Source: a virus. From it: a stretch of DNA of 64,000 nucleotides. Positions 47,651 to 54,880 of the stretch are shown in pieces. Within the stretch, counting starts at the first letter, position 1, and every line of letters starts with the position of its first letter. The stretch covers positions 1-64,000 of the IMG/VR virus record IMGVR_UViG_3300042988_001121; one strand, written 5' to 3'. The notes under the pieces are model-generated. The model was not told where the DNA came from, made no database searches, and saw only the letters and a program-made list of their open reading frames with translations. Position numbers and translations under genes: made by a program.

Positions 47651-47923
47651 ATGTCACTGTCCTATAAAAAGAAACTGGAAATCTCGGTCGTCTGCTATGC
47701 CAATGTGTCGGGTTCTTTTGCACATTTCAGCAACCAAAAGAACCGAGTTAAAGATTTTACTTTGGATTGGGACGGATGGATTCGACATTGTGTGGATGAA
47801 GCCGATCTTTGGATGACGATTCATCTTGTTCGTGGAAACAAGAAACTTATTAACGAAACCGCGAGGGAATTTACAAGAGAAATTGCGGAAACTCTGGTAG
47901 AGCGCTATGAATGCGAGAATTAA
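47651..47923 (+). CDS. Hypothetical early protein
   Basis: 90-aa ORF in cassette. Confidence 0.55.
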   Translation: MSLSYKKKLEISVVCYANVSGSFAHFSNQKNRVKDFTLDWDGWIRHCVDEADLWMTIHLVRGNKKLINETAREFTREIAETLVERYECEN

Positions 47924-47944
47924 AGAACTTTATGAGGTCTACCA

Positions 47945-48097
47945 ATGAAGGGACCTCGTGAAATGAAACATTACGTGGCAAAGTGGCGTAAGCAGCTTAA
48001 CAAAATGCATTGGGACGATTTGATGATTTTCAAATGGGAGAAATGTAAGAAATGGTTTAAGCGAGATAAAAAGGTGGATTGGAAAGAATGGGAGTAA
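47945..48097 (+). CDS. Small Trp/Lys-rich hypothetical protein (not in ORF track)
   Basis: MKGPREMKHYVAKWRKQLNKMHW...WKEWE*, GAGG upstream; fills the gap before the next promoter. Confidence 0.5.
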   Translation: MKGPREMKHYVAKWRKQLNKMHWDDLMIFKWEKCKKWFKRDKKVDWKEWE

Positions 48098-48137
48098 AAT
48101 AATCTACACATAAAGTTTCTTTATGATACAATAACTG
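48098..48137 (+). promoter_or_regulatory. Early promoter element, copy 3
   Basis: AATAATCTACACATAAAG-TTT-CTTTATGATACAATAACT, with a 7-bp inverted repeat in the spacer. Confidence 0.85.
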
Positions 48138-48157
48138 CAACAGAAAAGGAAACTAAA

Positions 48158-49255
48158 ATGACATTCCTCGGACACACCTCGTTACAGTCGCTGCTCGATG
48201 CAGCAAAAGAGAAGAACATCTCAATTAAGGACTACGAAAACTTCGTACTCCTGAAGTATGATCAGATTTTCAGTCCCGCGACCGATCCATTGGTCATGCA
48301 GTGTCGTGGTATCATCATTGACAAAGCGACTGGTCATATCATTGGTCGCGCATACCCTCGATTCTTCAATTATGGTCAGTATCCTGACATAACCGAAAAA
48401 TTTGAATTTGATGGCTCAACTATCTATGAAAAACTCGATGGATCGGTCATTAAGATTTGGTTCAATTGCTATTCTGATCGTTGGGAAATTGCAACCAACG
48501 GAACTGCATTAGGTGAATCCGAACAAGCCTTCTTCCCATCTTTCCGTGAGGCTGTTTTGCGCGATGGATTCGGTCTAACAGAAGACGAGTTTCAGTCCCG
48601 TTTCGCGAACATGGATCGTGCTTATTCACATGTGTTCGAGTATTGCAGTAACTATAACCAGATCGTTACATTTTACGAATCTGGTCGTATGTACTACATC
48701 ACCAGTTTCAATAACGAGACTGGCGCAGAATCTTACTTCAATAAAGTTTTTGATTCGGTGAAAGCATTACCATGCCCTGTCTATAACTTCAATTCAAAGC
48801 AAGACATGCTTAACATGGCAGAGGCGCTGACTGACCTGAAAGAAGGGTTTGTTACGCAGGATGTGAATGGTCTTCGTATCAAGATCAAATCCAGTGCTTA
48901 TGTTCGTGCTCACCATATGCGAGGTGAAGGAGCGCTGAATCAAAAACGAATTGCCGAGTGTGTCGTTCAGAATGAACAGGATGAATTCCTGACCTATTTC
49001 CCGAACTCAAAAGAAATGTTCGAACCAGTGATCGATGAAGTGGGTTCTCTGTTGACTGAAATGAGTCAACTTTATGATCGCGTGAAATTCATTGAGGATC
49101 AGAAGGAATTTGCTATGTCGATTCGGAATTGTTCTTTCAGCGGTGTCTTGTTCGAGGCGCGTAAAAAGAAGATTGATGTTCTGCACGCATGGGGCGAATC
49201 GAAATTAGAGTTCAAAGTCAAGATTGTGTTGGGGCGGCTTTCGTCAACCACCTAA
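48158..49255 (+). CDS. rnlA: RNA ligase 1 (T4 RnlA-like)
   Basis: CRGII, YPRFFNYG, motif I EKLDGS, FEYCS..NQIV..Y, motif IV EGFV, RIKIKS..Y...HH.RG. Confidence 0.92.
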   Translation: MTFLGHTSLQSLLDAAKEKNISIKDYENFVLLKYDQIFSPATDPLVMQCRGIIIDKATGHIIGRAYPRFFNYGQYPDITEKFEFDGSTIYEKLDGSVIKIWFNCYSDRWEIATNGTALGESEQAFFPSFREAVLRDGFGLTEDEFQSRFANMDRAYSHVFEYCSNYNQIVTFYESGRMYYITSFNNETGAESYFNKVFDSVKALPCPVYNFNSKQDMLNMAEALTDLKEGFVTQDVNGLRIKIKSSAYVRAHHMRGEGALNQKRIAECVVQNEQDEFLTYFPNSKEMFEPVIDEVGSLLTEMSQLYDRVKFIEDQKEFAMSIRNCSFSGVLFEARKKKIDVLHAWGESKLEFKVKIVLGRLSSTT

Positions 49256-49334
49256 CAGCTAAAGACAGTTAGGCTTGCTTGCTCCCCATTACAACGGAAT
49301 CACGAAAGAAGAATTCGAGTCCGTAGTAATTGAC
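49243..49334 (+). mobile_element. Degenerate IS200/IS605 (IscB/HEARO-like) end / omega-RNA 5' module relic
   Basis: GTCAACCA-CCTAAC..CTAAAG..GTTAGG-CTTG matches the GTCAACnACCCC..CTAAAG..GGGGCTTG end pattern; closed by GTCAA/TTGAC pairing; no transposase or nuclease gene follows. Confidence 0.5.
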
Positions 49335-49340
49335 TGACAA

Positions 49341-49393
49341 AATAATCTACACATAAAATTTAGTTGTGATACAATAACTCCATCGCAGCAAAC
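49341..49393 (+). promoter_or_regulatory. Early promoter element, copy 4
   Basis: AATAATCTACACATAAAATTTAGTTGTGATACAATAACTCCATCGCAGCAAAC. Confidence 0.88.
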
Positions 49394-49406
49394 TTAGGAG
49401 TCCAAA

Positions 49407-49667
49407 ATGGCTAAAACTTTCAAATTCTATTCTGATGCAGGTCACGGTTGGTTGGCAGTGAAACGAGAATTTCTCGTTAACCTTGGTGTTCAAGATAAAA
49501 TTTCTTCTTACAGCTACCAGAGAGGTAAAACTGTTTATCTTGAAGAAGATTGTGATTGTTCTGTTTTAATCTCTGCCTTGCGTCAATCTGGCGTAGAATT
49601 TTCGATCAAAGAAGGAAAATTTGCTGAACGTTCTCCAATTCGTTCTTATGAAAGTTACCATGCGTAA
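49407..49667 (+). CDS. Conserved small phage protein
   Basis: F.SDAGHGWL.V ... S.YSY......YLEEDCD pattern; SD AGGAG. Confidence 0.7.
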   Translation: MAKTFKFYSDAGHGWLAVKREFLVNLGVQDKISSYSYQRGKTVYLEEDCDCSVLISALRQSGVEFSIKEGKFAERSPIRSYESYHA

Positions 49668-50115
49668 ACTTATTATTCTCGTTGGACTCCCATGTACAGG
49701 GAAGTCTACCTATGCAAGAAACCTGACAAAAGATGGTGGTGTAGTCATTTCAACTGATGATTACATCGAAAGAGTAGCAAAAGAACAAGGTAAGACTTAT
49801 TCCGATGTTTTCATGGACACAATCGGTTTCGCTATCGATGACATGGAAACTAAAATAAAACTTAATCAGGAAACTGATCTTGTTGTCATCGATCAAACAA
49901 ATCTGTCGCGTAAGAAGCGAATGAAATTGATTGGGCAATTCCCTAATCACGAGCCTTGCATTGTTGTGTTCGGTAGTAGATTGTCTCTGTTCGCTTGGCT
50001 CCTTAATGTTTCAAGTCGTCCAGAGAAAGTCATTTCACTCAACATTGTTACTAAGATGTTTTCTTCTTATGAGGAACCTTCTTTCGACGAAGGCGCGAAA
50101 ATAATCTACACATAA
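49660..50115 (+). CDS. Polynucleotide kinase-like P-loop protein (kinase domain only)
   Basis: LIILVGLPCTGKST, ISTDD, VIDQTNL..K.R; start at ATG 49660. Confidence 0.85.
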   Translation: MRKLIILVGLPCTGKSTYARNLTKDGGVVISTDDYIERVAKEQGKTYSDVFMDTIGFAIDDMETKIKLNQETDLVVIDQTNLSRKKRMKLIGQFPNHEPCIVVFGSRLSLFAWLLNVSSRPEKVISLNIVTKMFSSYEEPSFDEGAKIIYT

Positions 50116-50152
50116 AAATTAGTTGTGATACAATAACTCCATCGACAACGAA
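50100..50152 (+). promoter_or_regulatory. Early promoter element, copy 5
   Basis: AATAATCTACACATAAAAATTAGTTGTGATACAATAACTCCATCGACAACGAA. Confidence 0.88.
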
Positions 50153-50170
50153 ATGTGAATGGAGTTCAAA

Positions 50171-50599
50171 ATGACTGGTTACATCAAACCAACGTCTTTC
50201 GGTCAATCTCGTGCAGGTGAGTGCAATGATTGTACAGTTCGTGCCCTCGCAAATACAGGAGTGATGAGTTACGATGCTGCGTTTACTCACATGAAAGACT
50301 TCGGTCGTTCAAACAATCGCGGAGCAAACCAATCCACTTTGTTTTCTGCTTATGAAGCTGCTGGCTATAAAGCAAAAATTTTTGGTACAACACGCACCGC
50401 TAAAGCATTCGCAAGAACCACTGGCTTAACAAAAGAAAAAGGAATGACAGTAAAAACTATGTTACAATCACCTGAATACAAAGGCAAGACCTTTATTGCT
50501 GTTATTAAGGGTCATGCTTTTGCTGTCGTCAATGGCGGCATTGTTGATACATCTTATATCAAAGAAAACAGTCGTGTAACATCAATCTTCATGAAATGA
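50171..50599 (+). CDS. Conserved hypothetical phage protein
   Basis: NDCTVRALA....Y..A......GR ... GHA..V..G..D pattern; SD GGAG. Confidence 0.7.
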   Translation: MTGYIKPTSFGQSRAGECNDCTVRALANTGVMSYDAAFTHMKDFGRSNNRGANQSTLFSAYEAAGYKAKIFGTTRTAKAFARTTGLTKEKGMTVKTMLQSPEYKGKTFIAVIKGHAFAVVNGGIVDTSYIKENSRVTSIFMK

Positions 50600-50790
50600 A
50601 ATCTTTCATCTACAAAGTAACTTTACCGGAAGGCAAGACTATTCAGGGAAACCTGAATGTCTTTACTATCAGCGTAATTGCTGTCAACTCTACTACTGCA
50701 AAGGAATGGGTGAACCAAACCTTTGCTGGCGCAACAATGAACTACGTTGGTTCAACTGACCATGTACATCAGATTCCCAACCATGCATAA
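50596..50790 (+). CDS. Hypothetical protein
   Basis: 64-aa ORF, ATGA overlap. Confidence 0.55.
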   Translation: MKSFIYKVTLPEGKTIQGNLNVFTISVIAVNSTTAKEWVNQTFAGATMNYVGSTDHVHQIPNHA

Positions 50791-50802
50791 ATAAATGCAT
50801 GA

Positions 50803-50835
50803 GTCAGAAGCCATCGCTGACAATAACCAGATGGC
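50803..50835 (+). promoter_or_regulatory. H-type RNA pseudoknot in gene 32 leader
   Basis: S1 GTCAG(50803-07)/CTGAC(50817-21); S2 GCCATC(50810-15)/GATGGC(50830-35); 17 nt upstream of the gp32 ATG. Confidence 0.75.
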
Positions 50836-50852
50836 ATTTTTAAAGGTGTAAA

Positions 50853-51719
50853 ATGAAAATTGATTTTAGTAAACTTCTCAAAGAAATTGATCCAGCGAAT
50901 CAAAAGAAAACTTTTGAGCGCGATGACGCACATTTCTGGCGTCTTAAGACCGATGAATCTGGTAATGGTAGTGCCGTGATTCGATTCCTTCCTGATGCCG
51001 AACCAACAAACATCCCATACTTCAAATTCTTTAAGTATGCATTCAAGAATCCAAAGACAGGTCGTTGGTACATCGAAAACAGTCCCACCACAATTAGCAA
51101 CAGTACACCTGACCCTGTTTATGAAGCAAATGGTAAGCTGACTGATTCTGCGGCGGATGTTGCTATCAAGAAACTGCGTAAGCGGAAAGTTTACTATCTC
51201 AGCAACATTCTGGTTGTCAAAGACCCTGCTAATCCAGAAAATAATGGTAAGGTTTTTCCATTCCAGTATGGGCAGAAAATCTATGATAAAATCATGGCAG
51301 CAATCTATCCAGACGAAGCATTGGGCGAAGAATCGTTCATTCCATTTGATCCTGTTGGTGGCGCTGATTTCCTTCTGAAGCAGACCGTTGTTGGGGATTT
51401 CCCGAATTTCGATCAATCCAAGTTCAGTCGTATTAAGCCTATCACTGATGATGAAGATCGGTTGGCTGAGATTCTGTCTCAGTGTTATTCTCTGAAAGAT
51501 CAGATCAAGATTAAGCCATATGACATTCTGAAGAAAAATTTTGATCGAGTCAATGGTGTTGCTGATACACCAGCGAAACCCGCTGATGACGAAGATGAAT
51601 TCGATACATTAGCAGAGTTGGCAAAGCCAGCCGCGAAACCCGCTGTCGAAAAGAAAGCGCCGACCGTCACTGCCGAAGATGACGATGAAGCATTCTTTAA
51701 ATCTCTTTTGAACGACTAA
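50853..51719 (+). CDS. 32: Single-stranded DNA-binding protein gp32
   Basis: D..FW.L..DESGNG.AVIRFLP, G.WYIEN.PTTI, NILVVKDPANPENNGKVF.F..G.KI.DKI, GADF.LK, acidic C-tail. Confidence 0.97.
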   Translation: MKIDFSKLLKEIDPANQKKTFERDDAHFWRLKTDESGNGSAVIRFLPDAEPTNIPYFKFFKYAFKNPKTGRWYIENSPTTISNSTPDPVYEANGKLTDSAADVAIKKLRKRKVYYLSNILVVKDPANPENNGKVFPFQYGQKIYDKIMAAIYPDEALGEESFIPFDPVGGADFLLKQTVVGDFPNFDQSKFSRIKPITDDEDRLAEILSQCYSLKDQIKIKPYDILKKNFDRVNGVADTPAKPADDEDEFDTLAELAKPAAKPAVEKKAPTVTAEDDDEAFFKSLLND

Positions 51720-51726
51720 GAAAATA

Positions 51727-51742
51727 GGGGGCATATGCCCCC
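51727..51742. terminator. GC-rich hairpin after gene 32 (terminator or processing site)
   Basis: GGGGGC-ATAT-GCCCCC; lacks a strong U-tract on the + strand. Confidence 0.5.
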
Positions 51743-51750
51743 AATTGATT

Positions 51751-52686
51751 ATGAAAAATAAAAAATATGAAGGTAAGAACGGAATCTGGTGTAGAATCAT
51801 TGCAGATTCGATTTCTCTTGGTGGTCATCGTATAACTACATTCGAAACTAATTTCCCTCGGTGGATTTTGGCGGAAGTTAATACGCACCGTGAACTGTCT
51901 AAGAATGCTGCGTCTTCTCGCGCTGTTCCTGTTGGTAGTTCTATTGACATGATTCTTGAGAATCCGGCTGTTCCTGTTCACTTTGGTGCAAACAATCCCG
52001 GAATGGTTTCCAATGTTGCCCTTGAAGGAATTCAGTTAGAGGGCGCAAAGGGGATGTGGGATTCAGCAATGCGATCTGCTGTCAATTTTGCTCGGGTCAT
52101 GTCCGATAAGGCAGGCATCAATGGTCATAAGCAGTGGGTAAATCGTGTTATTGAAAATTACACATTTACCCGACAGGTCATTACTGGAACCAAGTGGAAT
52201 AATTTTTTCTGGCTCCGCGATCACCCTGATGCACAACCAGAGTTTCGAGAATTAGCTCATTGTATGCATACGGCATATAAAGAGACTACTCCGAGTGTAT
52301 TGGAAGCTGGTCAATGGCACCTTCCATATGTTGACTTTGATGGTTCTAACTATCTTGTTGGTGATGAAGTCTATGATCTTGATACCGCAATCAAAATCTC
52401 TGCGTCATGCTGTGCTCAGGTAAGTTATCGTAAACTGGATATGTCAATTGACAAGGTGACTTCTATCTACGATAAATTGAATATCGGGTCTACTGATAAG
52501 CCGCAACATGTTTCACCAACAGAACACCAAGCAACGCCGATTCCATTGAATGTTAAACCTTTTGAAACAAATACTTGGGTTGATGGTATCACTCATGTTC
52601 GTCGTGATGGTATACTGTGCTCTGGTAATTTGACTGGCTGGATTCAGTATCGTCAACTGATCCCCGGACATACTAGAATGGGTTAA
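51751..52686 (+). CDS. thyX: Flavin-dependent thymidylate synthase
   Basis: PR.ILAE.NTHR.LS.NAASSRAVP, HKQ.VNR..E, FF.LR.H.DAQPE, S...CAQVSYR, H.SP.EH.A.P. Confidence 0.92.
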   Translation: MKNKKYEGKNGIWCRIIADSISLGGHRITTFETNFPRWILAEVNTHRELSKNAASSRAVPVGSSIDMILENPAVPVHFGANNPGMVSNVALEGIQLEGAKGMWDSAMRSAVNFARVMSDKAGINGHKQWVNRVIENYTFTRQVITGTKWNNFFWLRDHPDAQPEFRELAHCMHTAYKETTPSVLEAGQWHLPYVDFDGSNYLVGDEVYDLDTAIKISASCCAQVSYRKLDMSIDKVTSIYDKLNIGSTDKPQHVSPTEHQATPIPLNVKPFETNTWVDGITHVRRDGILCSGNLTGWIQYRQLIPGHTRMG

Positions 52687-52687
52687 C

Positions 52688-53011
52688 ATGAAAAAACTTA
52701 TTGCAATTGCTCTACTGGCATCATCTTCTGCTTCTTTTGCTCTAACGGATGGGCAGGCTGCATTGATTGGTATTATTGTTGGTAGTCAGATTAACAAAAC
52801 GACTGCATACCAATATCAACCGCAATCGTTTGACTCACTGAAATATTATCGAAATGTACCTTCTCCAATTATTAGTTCTGCAACGGATGTTTGCTCAGGT
52901 ATTTCTGACTCCATTGAGTTGGCTTATTGCCGGGGAGCAGCGCAAAGAGCAGAAATTGAACGCCGCCGAGCAGAGCAAGAGGCATACAATCGAGGATTGA
53001 ATGGTCGGTAA
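52688..53011 (+). CDS. Signal-peptide-containing hypothetical protein
   Basis: MKKLIAIALLASSSASFA signal peptide. Confidence 0.7.
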   Translation: MKKLIAIALLASSSASFALTDGQAALIGIIVGSQINKTTAYQYQPQSFDSLKYYRNVPSPIISSATDVCSGISDSIELAYCRGAAQRAEIERRRAEQEAYNRGLNGR

Positions 53012-53204
53012 AATTTTTCACTGGATATCTCATAAGACCGGAAATTATTCCGGTCGAGTAATCTCTTGGAGAGACGATAAATACATTTTTATTGGTTTCC
53101 AGTGCGACAAGTGTGGTGAAGTCGATAAAAAAACCATCAACGTTATTGAAAGTGTGATTGAAAATTATGAGCGAACAGACGATTCTTGTTATGAAACTGA
53201 TTAG
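53001..53204 (+). CDS. Hypothetical CxxC protein
   Basis: 67 aa, FQCDKCG. Confidence 0.5.
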   Translation: MVGKIFHWISHKTGNYSGRVISWRDDKYIFIGFQCDKCGEVDKKTINVIESVIENYERTDDSCYETD

Positions 53205-53469
53205 TGGCGAAGAACTGATTGCCACTGTGACCGAAGATTCTGGTCAATACATTGCAACTGATGTATTGCAGATCATGAGTGTTCCTGATGAACAGACCTC
53301 TACTATGCGAATGGGGTTGGTTGACTTCATGCCATACTCCAACGGAAAAGGTATTGCTATCCCTGCTGCGATGTGCATCGTTTCCTTTCCTTCCGAAGAT
53401 TTCCTGAATCATTACAAACAGAAATTTGGGCGAATTATTACTCCATCAAGTAAGATTCAGTTGTCTTGA
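53167..53469 (+). CDS. Conserved T4-like Sm-like-fold protein
   Basis: KLISGEELIA ... FMPYS ... Y...FG.IITP. Confidence 0.75.
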   Translation: MSEQTILVMKLISGEELIATVTEDSGQYIATDVLQIMSVPDEQTSTMRMGLVDFMPYSNGKGIAIPAAMCIVSFPSEDFLNHYKQKFGRIITPSSKIQLS

Positions 53470-53687
53470 AATACATCAAGAGAAGCTCCGTTGAGTCTCA
53501 GCGGCTTTCCATAAAAGATCATCTTGCGGTGATCTTTTATAGTCTTTTTTTGATTCCTATTGTGATGGTGACATTTTGCTTTCAGAGTCTATATCAATTG
53601 ATTCTGATACCACATACAGTGATAAGCGATGTTTTCCTTGCAAGGCAATTCAAAATATTTTTGAGGGATAATGATGCCGACATATGA
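53466..53687 (+). CDS. Hypothetical membrane protein
   Basis: Hydrophobic central segment; TTGA overlap. Confidence 0.5.
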   Translation: MKYIKRSSVESQRLSIKDHLAVIFYSLFLIPIVMVTFCFQSLYQLILIPHTVISDVFLARQFKIFLRDNDADI

Positions 53688-53940
53688 ATATAAGTGTCAG
53701 GAGTGCGGAAACGTCAGGGACATGATCAAGTCTATCTCCACAAGGGATGAAACTGAGTCTGATGTTTGTCAAGAATGTGGATCGGTCGGTAAATACTCAA
53801 GACAAGTAGGGGCAGCAATGGTTGCTTATACTGTCACAGTAAACGGTTCTGGTAAGCCCCCATCTGGTTTTCGTGAAGTGTTAAAAAATATTCAAAAGCG
53901 TTCTCCGGGAGCTAACCCGAACATGAGTAGCCACATCTAG
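53671..53940 (+). CDS. FmdB-like zinc-ribbon protein
   Basis: MPTYEYKCQECG ... CQECG; GFREVLK.I. Confidence 0.85.
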   Translation: MMPTYEYKCQECGNVRDMIKSISTRDETESDVCQECGSVGKYSRQVGAAMVAYTVTVNGSGKPPSGFREVLKNIQKRSPGANPNMSSHI

Positions 53941-53953
53941 AACGGATATTATT

Positions 53954-54775
53954 TTGACACGAAGCATTCGCACACCAAGAAAATCTATCACAAACTCGTC
54001 TGCACAGAATGAGCGCACTGCAAAGAGACTGGCAAGGCAACAAAAGCGCCTTGAAAGAGAATTGTTGTGTGATATGGGGCAGATGACACAGGCTCAGGTC
54101 AAACCAATCAGAATCGATAATCTTAAGAACATCGATCCACTGACAGATACACAAACCGATTTTTTTGAGTGTTATGAGTCGAATCAGGCAGATGCTTTTG
54201 TTCTGTATGGTTCTGCTGGCACAGGTAAAAGTTATCTTGCAATGTATCATGCCCTTCAGGATGTTCTGTCAGGTGAGACAAGACAAAATCGTATTGTCAT
54301 CGTAAGAACGACTGTTAGTGCAAGGGATATGGGAGCATTACCGGGAGTTGAGTCAGAAAAACTTGCTCCATATGAAGCGCCCTATATCGACATTTGCCGT
54401 GACTTGCTTGGTCGAAAAGATGCATACGAAAAACTCAAAGATATGGGTGTTGTTGAATTCTATTCAACTGCATTCATTCGCGGAGTGACATTCGATAATG
54501 CGATTGTGATTTTTGATGAAGTTCAAAACAGCACATTCCAAGAAACATCAAGTGTCGTAACACGTACTGGTAGAGACACAAAATTGATTATCTGTGGTGA
54601 CGGTAAGCAAGATGACCTGCATTACAAAAAGACTGATGTATCTGGTTTCCGTGACTTTCTGGCTGTGTCCAAAAATATGCCAGAATTCAGACACTTTAGA
54701 TTCGGTCCCGAAGATATCGTAAGGTCAGGAATCGTTAAATCTTGGATTCTTGCTTCAGAGAAACTAGGATTGTAA
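53954..54775 (+). CDS. phoH: PhoH-like ATPase
   Basis: PLT..Q, GSAGTGKS.LA, G.LPG...EK..PY, FIRG.TFDNA.VI.DE.QN, TR.G..TK.I.CGD..Q.D. Confidence 0.95.
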   Translation: MTRSIRTPRKSITNSSAQNERTAKRLARQQKRLERELLCDMGQMTQAQVKPIRIDNLKNIDPLTDTQTDFFECYESNQADAFVLYGSAGTGKSYLAMYHALQDVLSGETRQNRIVIVRTTVSARDMGALPGVESEKLAPYEAPYIDICRDLLGRKDAYEKLKDMGVVEFYSTAFIRGVTFDNAIVIFDEVQNSTFQETSSVVTRTGRDTKLIICGDGKQDDLHYKKTDVSGFRDFLAVSKNMPEFRHFRFGPEDIVRSGIVKSWILASEKLGL

Positions 54776-54880
54776 TCAGGAATAGCCCTAGAACGCATTT
54801 AAACGGCTTTTGGGGCGTTTTTTCAATAAACTAAGGGGTAGATAACTCTTTACCCCATTTCTTCCTCTAAGGGCTTTATA

